The notes beneath the pieces are model-generated. The model worked only from the letters and a program-made list of their open reading frames with translations, ran no database searches and was not told the DNA's origin. This document shows positions 55,186 through 64,000 of a stretch of DNA of 64,000 bases, in pieces; position 1 is the first letter of the stretch; each line of letters starts with the position of its first letter. This DNA is from a bacterium (lineage in GTDB: Bacteria > Patescibacteriota > Minisyncoccia > UBA6257 > JAGOQP01). Both the position numbers and the translations under genes were made by a program. The stretch covers positions 8,889-72,888 of the forward strand of contig JAJXZH010000032.1 of NCBI GenBank assembly GCA_021780155.1, read 5' to 3'.

Positions 55186-57039
55186 ATGGAAAACAACTTT
55201 CTCAAAAAGAAATATAACCTGCACAACACTCCCGAAGTGGAAAGCGCAGCCAAACGCACTCAGGTCCGGACCGGAGAAAAGGTTCCCCAAAATCCCGAAG
55301 CTCAAATCCAAAATTATCTAGACCGCTTCAAGGAAATAGTAGACAGAAAAGACCCCGACGAAAGGGAGAGGGGGATCGAAGCTCTCAAAAAAGTCCTTTA
55401 CGACAAGTTTGTAACCAAATATGAAGAAATTCCCGCAAGTTATTGGAAATCCCAGGAAAATATATTGAGAGAAAGAGGCCAGCTTGGAGATTGGCAAGGT
55501 GCTTCTGACGAACAAAGGGAAAAATCGAAGAAGGAAACCGCCGAAGGCCTTTTAGACGACCAAAGGTCTTCTCTTGAGGAGTGGATAGATTATTTTGCCA
55601 CTTCCGATTCCAGTTATATTCCGGATGAGATAAAATACTGGGTATTTCGAAGCATAACCAGTCTTCAGGAATACGACAAAGATAAAAAAGAATTTAGAAA
55701 ACGCTCCAATGGCGAAGTCAAAATGTTCCCCGACCTCAATCAGGAAGCCTTGGGATACGTCATAGATTCTTTACTTAAAAAAATCAATGGAGAATCACTG
55801 GAATTTGGCTACGATATATCGGAAGAAGAACAGGGAAAATTCAAGCAGTATCTTGACCAGGAAAATTTCTCAAAACTTTATGCTTGGGCGGTAGAATGGG
55901 TCAGCCCTATTCCTGAGCACCTAATGAAAGTTACCGATGGTCAATGGGTCAAATATGACCAAGGATCAGATCATATGTCTTTAGTCAAATCGATTCAAAG
56001 AAAGGGCACTGGATGGTGCACTGCCGGACAGAATACTGCCCACAAGCAGCTATCGTTGGGAGATTTCTATGTCTATTATTCCCTTGATGACGAACAAAAA
56101 CCCACTACTCCAAGAATAGCAATAAGAATGGAAGGAAATAAAATAGCTGAAGTCAGAGGAGTTGCTTTCAAGCAAAATCTTGATCCTTATATGTCCGAAA
56201 TTCTTCAGGAGAAACTACAGGAATTTCCGGATAAAGACAAATATCTCAAGAAAGATTCAGATATGAAAAGACTGACCGAAATAGACAACAAAACCAAGAA
56301 AGGAGAACAGCTGACCAAAGAAGACCTCTCTTTTCTTTATGAAATTGACTCAAAGATAGAAGGGTTTGGATATAAAAGAGACCCGAGGATAGAGGAAATA
56401 ATTTCTTCCAGAGACACAAAAAGTGATCTTTCCAAAGTCACCGGATATTCGCCTGAAGAGATCAGCTTGACAAAAGAAGAAGCTCTCTCGGGAGAGAAAA
56501 AATTCCATTACGGAGATCTTGATCTTAGTGATCTCACCTTCGCCAGAGGCCTCAAATTACCCGAGCATATCGGAGGAGGTCTCAATCTCGGTCATCTCAT
56601 CTCCGCCGAAGGTCTCAAACTACCCGAGCATATCGGAGGAGGTCTCAATCTTGAGGGTCTCACCTTCGCCAGAGGTCTCAAACTACCCGAACATATCGGA
56701 GGAAATCTTGATCTTAGCCGTCTCACCTCCGCCGAAGGTCTCAAACTACCCGAACATATCGGAGGAAATATTTATCTTAGCAGTCTTACCTCCGCTGAAG
56801 GTCTCAAATTACCCGAACATATCGGAGGAAATATTTATCTTAGCAGTCTTACCTCCGCCGAAGGTCTCAAACTACCTAAACATATCGGAGGAAATATTTA
56901 TCTTAGCAGTCTTACCTCCGCCGAAGGTCTCAAATTACCCGAACATATCGGAGGAGATCTTTATCTTTGGAGTCTCACCTCCGAAGAAAAAATATATCTT
57001 GCCAATAAATTTCCCAATCTTGCCGATAAAATAATATAG
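55186..57039 (+). CDS. Hypothetical protein with a PcfJ-like central domain and C-terminal 21-aa LRR-like repeats
   Basis: GTGWCTAG...PRIAIRM...IAEVRG; 7.5 copies of GxLxLxxLTSAEGLKLPEHIG. Confidence 0.75.
   Translation: MENNFLKKKYNLHNTPEVESAAKRTQVRTGEKVPQNPEAQIQNYLDRFKEIVDRKDPDERERGIEALKKVLYDKFVTKYEEIPASYWKSQENILRERGQLGDWQGASDEQREKSKKETAEGLLDDQRSSLEEWIDYFATSDSSYIPDEIKYWVFRSITSLQEYDKDKKEFRKRSNGEVKMFPDLNQEALGYVIDSLLKKINGESLEFGYDISEEEQGKFKQYLDQENFSKLYAWAVEWVSPIPEHLMKVTDGQWVKYDQGSDHMSLVKSIQRKGTGWCTAGQNTAHKQLSLGDFYVYYSLDDEQKPTTPRIAIRMEGNKIAEVRGVAFKQNLDPYMSEILQEKLQEFPDKDKYLKKDSDMKRLTEIDNKTKKGEQLTKEDLSFLYEIDSKIEGFGYKRDPRIEEIISSRDTKSDLSKVTGYSPEEISLTKEEALSGEKKFHYGDLDLSDLTFARGLKLPEHIGGGLNLGHLISAEGLKLPEHIGGGLNLEGLTFARGLKLPEHIGGNLDLSRLTSAEGLKLPEHIGGNIYLSSLTSAEGLKLPEHIGGNIYLSSLTSAEGLKLPKHIGGNIYLSSLTSAEGLKLPEHIGGDLYLWSLTSEEKIYLANKFPNLADKII
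56512..56982 (+). repeat. About 7.5 tandem 63-bp coding repeats
   Basis: Period 63 from 56512 to 56953. Confidence 0.95.
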
Positions 57040-57046
57040 AGGTTAT

Positions 57047-57099
57047 AGAAGAAGCCAGAGGAATAGCCAATAAAATAAAGCCGGAAGATTTGATGTAAA
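57047..57099 (+). repeat. 53-bp direct repeat, copy 2 (orphaned parB 3' end)
   Basis: Identical to 55121-55173; followed by hairpin aaaaactacct...aggtggttttt. Confidence 0.97.
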
Positions 57100-57124
57100 A
57101 AACTACCTAAAATACAGGTGGTTT

Positions 57125-58834
57125 TTAATCTATTATTTTGTATCCGATTTCTTTAACTCCATCCACTTTTTTTATCTTAAGCATTAGGCTTTCGGCTTTT
57201 TCTTTGTTGTCGGCACTGACAATAATTCGGATGAAAGGATATTTTTCGTTTAGAAAGGTTTCCATTTTTATTACTGGAAAATGATTTCTTGAAATTATTG
57301 TGGTTATATCTTTAATGAGTCCAATTCTTGATTTGCAGGCTATTTTGTATTCTGTTTTTTTGGTCTTTGTTACGGATGTTGATTTTTTGATGGAATATTT
57401 TATTTTTCTTTTGGCATAATGGGTTTTTACAAAATTAAGCCAGTTTTCCGAAGCGCGTTTATTTTTTTGAGTTAAAATTTCTACAATATCTCCCGATTGG
57501 AGTGGGGTATCAAGCGAGGCAATTTTGTTGTTTATTTTTGCTCCGGCGCAGGAGTCGCCGATATTGCTGTGTATGTTATAAGCAAAATCAACCGGGGTTG
57601 AACCGACGGGAAGATCCAGGACTTTACCTTCCGGAGTTAAAACAAAAATTCTATCGGAAAAAAAATCTATTTTTAGGGCCTCTATAAATTCTTTTGAACC
57701 GGGGAATTGATTTTGCCACTCCTTAAGCTGTTTGGTCCATATAGTTTCTTTGGAATCGACTGCCGATATTTTTCCTTGATTGTATTCGTCTTTTCCTTTT
57801 TTTGATTCGTAAAACCAATGAGCGGCGCTTCCATTTTCCGCTTGTTCGTGCATTTCGTCGGTTCTTATTTGAAACTCAGTCGGTTTATCATCAATACAAA
57901 AAACCGTTGTGTGTAAACTTTGATAACCATTGGGTTTAGGAAGGGCAATATAATCTTTTATTCTTCCGGGCAATGGAGGCCATGTTTGGTGGATAATTCC
58001 AAGCGCTAAATAACACTCTTCAACATTTTTTACGATTATTCTCAAAGCAATTAAATCATAAATGTTTTCAAGGTTTAAATCATAACGAAGAAGTTTTTTG
58101 TACAGGCTGTATAATCTTTTTGCCCGGTAATCTATGGAGATTGGGGCAATTCCGGCTTTTTTAAAATTAGCCAAAACCACCGGCTCCACTTTTTTTAAGT
58201 ATTTCATTCTTTCGTCATATGATTCTTTAACCGAGCCGATAAGCCACCTATGTTTTTCAGGATAAATATAAGGGAATGCTAAATCCTCAAGCTCTCCGGC
58301 GACATTCTGCATTCCGAGACGATAAGCGATTGGAGCATAAATCTCCGCCGTTTCCAAAGCAATTCTTTTTTGTTTTTGAACCGGGATGTGACCTAATGTC
58401 TTCATGTTGTGCAATCTATCGGCGAGTTTTACAAAAATCACTCTCAAATCTTTACTGATGGCTAAAATCATTTTTCTTAACGACTCTATACTTTGTTCCT
58501 CTTCTTTATATTTTATATTTCCCAACTTGGTAACTCCTTCAACCAAAAAAGATATTTCTTCTCCAAATTTATCTTTGATTTCTTGAGCGGAAACACCGCA
58601 ATCTTCGATTGTGTCGTGCAAAAGCCCTGCCGATACGGATTGATAATCCAATTGCCAAGATGCCAGCTTGAAGGCCGTTTCAAATAAATGAACGAAATAA
58701 TTTTCGCCACTGGCGCGTTTTTGATTTTTGTGGGCGTTTTTGGAAAATAGAAAAGCTTTGGAAATTGTTTCGGCTCCAATTTTGTCTTCTGGAAAATGTT
58801 TGCCGTATTCTTTTAGAATTTTGTCCAAAGTCAT
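57125..58834 (-). CDS. rel: RelA/SpoT family (p)ppGpp synthetase/hydrolase
   Basis: HD motif LLHDTIED, KLADRLHNM, PKPNGYQSLHT, TGS (TPVDFAY), ACT-like tail. Confidence 0.93.
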   Translation of the reverse strand: MTLDKILKEYGKHFPEDKIGAETISKAFLFSKNAHKNQKRASGENYFVHLFETAFKLASWQLDYQSVSAGLLHDTIEDCGVSAQEIKDKFGEEISFLVEGVTKLGNIKYKEEEQSIESLRKMILAISKDLRVIFVKLADRLHNMKTLGHIPVQKQKRIALETAEIYAPIAYRLGMQNVAGELEDLAFPYIYPEKHRWLIGSVKESYDERMKYLKKVEPVVLANFKKAGIAPISIDYRAKRLYSLYKKLLRYDLNLENIYDLIALRIIVKNVEECYLALGIIHQTWPPLPGRIKDYIALPKPNGYQSLHTTVFCIDDKPTEFQIRTDEMHEQAENGSAAHWFYESKKGKDEYNQGKISAVDSKETIWTKQLKEWQNQFPGSKEFIEALKIDFFSDRIFVLTPEGKVLDLPVGSTPVDFAYNIHSNIGDSCAGAKINNKIASLDTPLQSGDIVEILTQKNKRASENWLNFVKTHYAKRKIKYSIKKSTSVTKTKKTEYKIACKSRIGLIKDITTIISRNHFPVIKMETFLNEKYPFIRIIVSADNKEKAESLMLKIKKVDGVKEIGYKIID

Positions 58835-58838
58835 ATTA

Positions 58839-61073
58839 TTATTTTGTCTTTTTTTTGAAAGATTTTTTTGAAATTTTTTCTTTGGGTTTTTCTTTCCATT
58901 GTTTGTAAAGTTCCATTAGCTCTTTTTCCGTTTCCGGTTTTTTATTTATGATAAAATTGCAATCCGGCCAGCGAGTGCAAGCCCAGAAAGGTTTTCCGCG
59001 GCCCCGCCCTCTTTTTTCGACGATATCTCCGGGATTTTCTTTCCGCTCCGAAGTATCCAGACATAGGGGGCAAATAAATCCGGTTTTGTTCCAAATTCTT
59101 GATATTCCTTTGCATTTTGGATAGTCGACGCACCCCAAAAAATATCCGAATCTTCCTCGCTTCACCTTCATTGGTTTTCCACAAAGGGGGCATTTTTCAT
59201 TTTTTGTTTTTTCTTCGAGTTCTTTAATTTTTGCCGCTTCTTCCGGCATTGGCAAAGTTACCTTGCTTCCTTCCTGTGGGCAAGCTAAAAATTTTCCCAT
59301 TCTTCCGAATTTTATCAACATTGGTTTTTTGCAATGAGGACAAGGAGTATCCGAAACTTTAATATCTTTTTTGACTTCCAATTCTTTTTCGTTGAGGTGT
59401 TTTTTGAAAGGTCCATAAAATTCTCCACAGACATTAACCCAAGGGATTTTACCTTCGGCTATTTCGTCCAGTTCTTCTTCAATGTGAGCGGTAAAATTAA
59501 CGTCCACGATTTCGGGAAAGTGTTCTACCAACATATCGTTTACCATAAATCCGATTTCGGTTGGATGATATTTTTTTTCTATTTTTTCCACATAACCGCG
59601 TTCTTGTATGGTAGAAAGGGTGGGGGCGTAAGTTGACGGTCTTCCAACCCCAAAGTATTCAAGAGCTTTTATTAGCGCGGCATCGGTGTATCTTGCGGGT
59701 GGCTCGGTGAAATGTTGAATTGGAAAAATTTCTTTAAAAAATATCTTCTCGTTTTCTTTCAGCGAAGGAAGATTATTTTGCTCATCTTCTTGAACGTCAT
59801 TTTCTCCAGATGAATATACTCTTAAAAATCCGTCAAAAATAATTATTTGTCCGGTTGCTCTAAGAGTGTATCTGTCGTCTTTATCTTTAATATCGACGGA
59901 TGTTTGTTCGACTCTTGCCGATTGCATTTGACAGGCGATAGTTCTTTTCCAAATTAAAGAATATAAGCGTAACTGAGAGCGATCCTTTATGTTTGATATT
60001 TCCGGGCTTTTGGCGAGATTTGTGGGACGAATAGCCTCGTGAGCTTCCTGAGCGCCTTTTGTTTTATTGGTAAAATATCTAGGGGAGCTAAGCTGGTAAT
60101 TTTTTCCGAATGTCTGGCCAATAACTTGCCAAGCTTGGCTTATTGCCGAAGAAGACAAATTCAAGCTGTCCGTTCTCATATAAGTTATCAATCCGTTTTC
60201 ATAAAGCTTTTGGGCAATAACCATAGTTTGTTTTGCGGAAAATCCCAAACGTCTCGATGCTTCTTGTTGAAGTGTTGACGTGGTGAATGGGGGATAGGGA
60301 TTTTTATAGGCCTCTTTTTTATTTATTGAAGCGATATTATATTCCAATTTTTTCAAATTGTTGGTTATTTCCTCCGCGCGGTTTTTGTCGGAAATTTCCA
60401 TTTTATCCAATTTTTTTCCATCTATTGAATAAAGCTTGGCGTTAAAGGTTTTTTTGTCTCCGGTTTTAAAAAAATCGCCTTCTATCGTCCAGTATTCTTC
60501 CTTGTTAAAATTTTGAATTTCTCTTTCTCTTTCAACTATTAAGCGCAAAGCGACGCTTTGGACGCGTCCGGCCGAAAGCCCGTATCTTATTTTGCGCCAA
60601 AGAAAAGGAGAAAGCTCATATCCAACTAATCTGTCTAAAATTCTTCGCGCTTGTTGCGCGTCAACCAGATTTATATCTATTGTCCGCGGATTTTTTAAAG
60701 CGTCCTTTATGGCGCTTTCGGTTATTTCGTGAAAGACGATTCTTTTAAAATCCTTATTTTTTGATTTCTTGTTTTTTGATTCATTTAAAATTTGGGCGAT
60801 ATGCCAAGCAATAGCTTCTCCTTCTCGGTCCTCATCGCTTGCCAAAATGACTTCCTGTGATTTTGACGCTTCTTTTTTTAATATGTCTACATTATCTTTG
60901 GCTTTTGGCGGAATGATATAGGTGGGTGTAAAATTATTTTTTACGTCAATACCGAGTTTGCTTTTCGGTAAATCTCTAACGTGGCCGTATGAAGACAGCA
61001 CTTTAAAATCTTTTCCCAAAAATTCGGAAATAGTTTTTGCTTTAGTGGGCGATTCGACAATTATTAATTTCAT
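58839..61073 (-). CDS. topA: DNA topoisomerase I
   Basis: IVESPTKAK, DEDREGE, SAGRVQS, ITYMRTDS, C-terminal Zn ribbons. Confidence 0.98.
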   Translation of the reverse strand: MKLIIVESPTKAKTISEFLGKDFKVLSSYGHVRDLPKSKLGIDVKNNFTPTYIIPPKAKDNVDILKKEASKSQEVILASDEDREGEAIAWHIAQILNESKNKKSKNKDFKRIVFHEITESAIKDALKNPRTIDINLVDAQQARRILDRLVGYELSPFLWRKIRYGLSAGRVQSVALRLIVEREREIQNFNKEEYWTIEGDFFKTGDKKTFNAKLYSIDGKKLDKMEISDKNRAEEITNNLKKLEYNIASINKKEAYKNPYPPFTTSTLQQEASRRLGFSAKQTMVIAQKLYENGLITYMRTDSLNLSSSAISQAWQVIGQTFGKNYQLSSPRYFTNKTKGAQEAHEAIRPTNLAKSPEISNIKDRSQLRLYSLIWKRTIACQMQSARVEQTSVDIKDKDDRYTLRATGQIIIFDGFLRVYSSGENDVQEDEQNNLPSLKENEKIFFKEIFPIQHFTEPPARYTDAALIKALEYFGVGRPSTYAPTLSTIQERGYVEKIEKKYHPTEIGFMVNDMLVEHFPEIVDVNFTAHIEEELDEIAEGKIPWVNVCGEFYGPFKKHLNEKELEVKKDIKVSDTPCPHCKKPMLIKFGRMGKFLACPQEGSKVTLPMPEEAAKIKELEEKTKNEKCPLCGKPMKVKRGRFGYFLGCVDYPKCKGISRIWNKTGFICPLCLDTSERKENPGDIVEKRGRGRGKPFWACTRWPDCNFIINKKPETEKELMELYKQWKEKPKEKISKKSFKKKTK

Positions 61074-61942
61074 AGTTTTATTTGATAATTATTTCCTTCT
61101 TGAAAAACAACTTCTTCCAATAATAAGTTTGATAGCGCGCAAGAAACATCACGAGGATTCAGTTTAGTTATTTGACAAATCTTGTCAACTGAAAGTGATC
61201 CGGAATATTTTTTTAATTCATCTACTATTTTTTGTTCGTCGGATTTTAAATCTATTTTTTTATTTTCGCCTCTAATCAAATCATAAGACATATCCGAAAG
61301 AAAATCATTAACGCTCGTAATCAATCGGGCGCCATTTCTTATAAGCTTGTGAGATCCCTCAAAATTAAAAGAGCCGATAGTTCCCGGGACGACAAAAATC
61401 GGTTTTTTCTGCTTGACGGCAAATTTTGCCGTTGTCATTGATCCTGACTTAAAAGGCGCTTCAATTACGATTACCGCCGAAGCAAGAGCGCTTATTATTC
61501 TATTTCTCATCAAAAAATTTCCCGGGAATGAAGGTGTTTGAGAGGGATATTCGGATATTAAACATCCTCCGCTCGAAATCATTTTTTCTCCCAATCTGCC
61601 GTTTGATGCCGGATAAATCTTATCCAATCCGTTTCCTAAGACGGCGATTGTTTGTCCGCCGGCATCAAGAGCTCCTTGATGGGCGGCCGTATCAATACCT
61701 AGTGCAAGTCCGCTGATTATCAAAAAGCCGTTTTTTGCCAAAACAAAAGAAAAATCATAAGCTGTTTTTTTGCCGTAAGAAGATGCCTTTCTGGTCCCAA
61801 CAATGGCAATTGGGGTTTTATCTTTTGGTATTGTGCCTTTTATATAGATTGATTTTATCGGAGGAGAAATATCGGCAAGTTGTTTTAATAAGTCGTATTT
61901 TTTGAAATCCGATTTTTCTATTTTTGTGAAATTGTCTTTCAT
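61070..61942 (-). CDS. dprA: DNA-processing protein DprA
   Basis: AIVGTR, SGLALGID, RNRIISAL, EAPFKSGS. Confidence 0.96.
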   Translation of the reverse strand: MKDNFTKIEKSDFKKYDLLKQLADISPPIKSIYIKGTIPKDKTPIAIVGTRKASSYGKKTAYDFSFVLAKNGFLIISGLALGIDTAAHQGALDAGGQTIAVLGNGLDKIYPASNGRLGEKMISSGGCLISEYPSQTPSFPGNFLMRNRIISALASAVIVIEAPFKSGSMTTAKFAVKQKKPIFVVPGTIGSFNFEGSHKLIRNGARLITSVNDFLSDMSYDLIRGENKKIDLKSDEQKIVDELKKYSGSLSVDKICQITKLNPRDVSCALSNLLLEEVVFQEGNNYQIKL

Positions 61943-62002
61943 TCCATTTTATTATACAATATAAACAATAACGGCTTGTGATTAATTTTATATTTTTAAT
62001 TC

Positions 62003-62545
62003 ATGTTTGACAAAGCATTTGATTTTAAAAAGAGTTTATATGTAAATCTGGGAATTTTGGCGGCAATTATTCTTGTGTTTGTTTCGTTTTCATATCTTTT
62101 AAGAATGAGCGTGGACCATCAAGTTTCGGTAATTCAAGACATAAATTCCAAAAAATCTTTTGTTTCGGATTCATCAAACAATCTTTCGATTCTTATAAAA
62201 CAATGGAATTTTGTCAGAAATTATGTCCAACAGATTTCTTTAATGGTGCCATCCAAAGATAATCTGGTCAATTTTCAAAGAGACCTTAATGATATCTCCC
62301 AAAGAGATGGAGTCTCGCTCACTTTTAGTTTTGGATCCGAAACGCCGTCTTCGGGAGCCGGCAATTTGGGATCAATCGGTTTTTCCTCCGTCATCAATGG
62401 AACTCAGCAGGGAATTTTAAATTTTATTCAGGATGTTGAAAATAAATATTATTCTCTTAAAATAAGTTCTTTGGAAATGGTAAAGACATCGGATACTTTA
62501 TCCAAACTCTCAATTACCGGACAAGTATTTTATTCCGGAAAATAA
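62003..62545 (+). CDS. Second PilO-like protein
   Basis: N-terminal TM, coiled coil, G....ILNFIQDVE motif. Confidence 0.55.
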   Translation: MFDKAFDFKKSLYVNLGILAAIILVFVSFSYLLRMSVDHQVSVIQDINSKKSFVSDSSNNLSILIKQWNFVRNYVQQISLMVPSKDNLVNFQRDLNDISQRDGVSLTFSFGSETPSSGAGNLGSIGFSSVINGTQQGILNFIQDVENKYYSLKISSLEMVKTSDTLSKLSITGQVFYSGK

Positions 62546-62546
62546 T

Positions 62547-62792
62547 ATGAAAATAAGCATTGAATCAATAAAAAAAAATAAAAACGAGATTATTTTTTAC
62601 TTAATCGGATTAATTTTGTCCGCTGTCGTTATTTTTATTTTTATTGATTCTGTAAATTATCTCGTTTCCAGTTTGGGATCGGCGCTTGAAATTAGTCATT
62701 CCAGTTATTCGCCGACTACCTTCAATGTTGATGCTATAAAAACATTGGGTTTGGTTGATTCTATTCCTCCGGCAGTTGAGTCTCCAAAGTAA
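62547..62792 (+). CDS. Small single-TM hypothetical protein
   Basis: Starts 1 bp after the upstream gene; one TM. Confidence 0.55.
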   Translation: MKISIESIKKNKNEIIFYLIGLILSAVVIFIFIDSVNYLVSSLGSALEISHSSYSPTTFNVDAIKTLGLVDSIPPAVESPK

Positions 62793-62891
62793 TTTTTTCT
62801 TGATTTTTTTTAGTTTATATATAAAATGATTTTATCGGTAGGTTTTGTGGTCCGCTGATTTTGTAATAAATTATTGAGGTAAAGACAATAA

Positions 62892-62963
62892 GCGTGTGTA
62901 GTTCAGTGGTAGAACGCTGTCCTGATAAGACAGAGGTCGAAGGTTCGATCCCTTCCACACGCA
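62892..62963 (+). tRNA. tRNA-Ile(GAT)
   Basis: ctgtc-ctGATaa-gacag; GCGTGTG/CACACGC acceptor stem. Confidence 0.95.
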
Positions 62964-63217
62964 CAAATAAAATAATTTATAAAATTATTTTATTAGCGTG
63001 AAGGAAGGGATCGAATGCGAGCCCCCGTGTTGGAAAATAGGAGTCCCGACTTGTCGGGACGACGTAAGAAACCCTAAGGTTTCTTAGGTGGGGGTCGGGG
63101 GTGAGCGGTGAGATAGCGCGGCGTCCTTCCACACGCACAAATAAAATAATTTATAAAATTATTTTATTAGCGTGAAGGAGGGGATCGAATGTGAACCCCC
63201 GTGTTGGAAAATAGGAG
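62951..63217 (+). repeat. 93-bp direct repeat (period 174) at the tRNA-Ile 3' end enclosing a hairpin module
   Basis: 62951-63043 vs 63125-63217, 3 mismatches. Confidence 0.93.
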
Positions 63218-63247
63218 CAATTTGTTGATTTGTTTTATTGGACTTAT

Positions 63248-63321
63248 GGGCGTTTAGCTCAGTTGGTTAGAGCGTCACATTGACATTGTGAAGGTCAGAG
63301 GTCCGACTCCTCTAACGCCCA
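63248..63321 (+). tRNA. tRNA-Val(GAC)
   Basis: tcaca-ttGACat-tgtga; T-loop reads TCCGACT. Confidence 0.9.
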
Positions 63322-63477
63322 CAAAAATATCTAATGGGGCAAATTGAAAAGGTTGCAGATTCAATCCCCGCAAGGCGTATCAATTGAGTATAAGATTTTA
63401 AGTTTTATTTTTAACACTATCCAAAATACATTTTTTGCAAGTGTATTTTTTTATTCTTCGTGCTAATATTTTTTATT

Positions 63478-63840
63478 ATGGACATATTAAAAGAAATTCC
63501 GGACAATAAAAAAAATCAAGACAACAGCGATAACGAACGGAGAGCTCTAAGTATTCAAGCCGATTTTAATATTCTCAGAGAGCAGCTTGGGGAAAAATAC
63601 AAATATAAATCGGTTATGAATGCAATTGCCGAGTTTTCGAAAAAAATTAAAGAACGTTTTGGCGACTCCAGACAAAATTTTAGGCTTTATCACGTTCTTA
63701 TCGGAAGCACAATAAATCCGAATCGAGTCGACGAAATAGCGGAATTTGATTTTCCGAAAGACAGCGGATTGTCCGTTGAAGATTTTATAAAAAACGGATT
63801 TGAACAATCGGTCAAAGAAGAATTTAAAAAATCAAAATAA
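63478..63840 (+). CDS. Hypothetical protein
   Basis: 120-aa ORF, LYHVLIGST motif. Confidence 0.6.
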   Translation: MDILKEIPDNKKNQDNSDNERRALSIQADFNILREQLGEKYKYKSVMNAIAEFSKKIKERFGDSRQNFRLYHVLIGSTINPNRVDEIAEFDFPKDSGLSVEDFIKNGFEQSVKEEFKKSK

Positions 63841-63845
63841 AAAAT

Positions 63846-64000
63846 ATGAATTTTGAAGAATATCAAAAAGAATCAAAAAAGACGGCAAAATATCCCAAAA
63901 TAGACGGGAAAGGATACTTATATCCGGTTTTGGGTCTGGCCGGAGAAGCCGGTGAAGTTGCCGAAAAAATAAAAAAAGTTTTCAGAGATAAAAACGGGGA
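63846..64000 (+). CDS. MazG-like NTP pyrophosphohydrolase, 3'-truncated by the window edge
   Basis: MNFEEYQ...YPVLGLAGEAGEVAEKIKKVFRD. Confidence 0.85.
   Translation, partial: MNFEEYQKESKKTAKYPKIDGKGYLYPVLGLAGEAGEVAEKIKKVFRDKNG

Noticed and set aside
56519-57034. 171-aa alternative-frame ORF
   Set aside because: By-product of stop-free tandem repeats inside the 617-aa gene
1-64000. Alternative genetic code (TGA=Gly) or prophage
   Set aside because: Conserved genes end at TGA at expected positions and are uninterrupted under code 11; no phage structural, terminase or integrase genes were found

Overview
AT-rich, gene-dense bacterial chromosome segment using the standard genetic code (TGA is a stop). 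The gene content and style (type IV pilus/competence cluster, membrane-anchored Clp ATPase, core genes without Shine-Dalgarno sites, many ORFans) point to Patescibacteria/CPR, Parcubacteria-like; this assignment is inference. Core content: recG, glutaredoxin/trxB, Clp ATPase, phosphomannomutase, znuACB, mltG, comF-pilMNO-pilBTC-pilin-pilD-minor pilins, ligA, tsaD, rodA, mpg, rpoBC, rpsF-ssb-rpsR, parAB, rel, topA, dprA and 7 tRNAs. The most interesting signals are small integrase-free insertions. (1) A ~470-bp element bounded by imperfect inverted repeats and encoding a GxxExxY PD-(D/E)xK domain sits in frame inside recG; apparent nuclease-less relics of the same repeat lie in frame in ligA and in an intergenic gap. 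(2) Non-coding, hairpin-modular units sit at the 3' ends of two different tRNAs (Ala-TGC, Ile-GAT); each duplicates the tRNA 3' end and carries an antisense copy of it. (3) A promoterless single-gene cassette is flanked by a perfect 53-bp duplication of the parB 3' end. (4) Scattered ORFan units share a promoter + boxA-like + AAGGAG layout that core genes lack. (5) A perfect 42-bp palindrome with no spacer lies upstream of recG. No database searches were possible; product calls rest on motif recognition.
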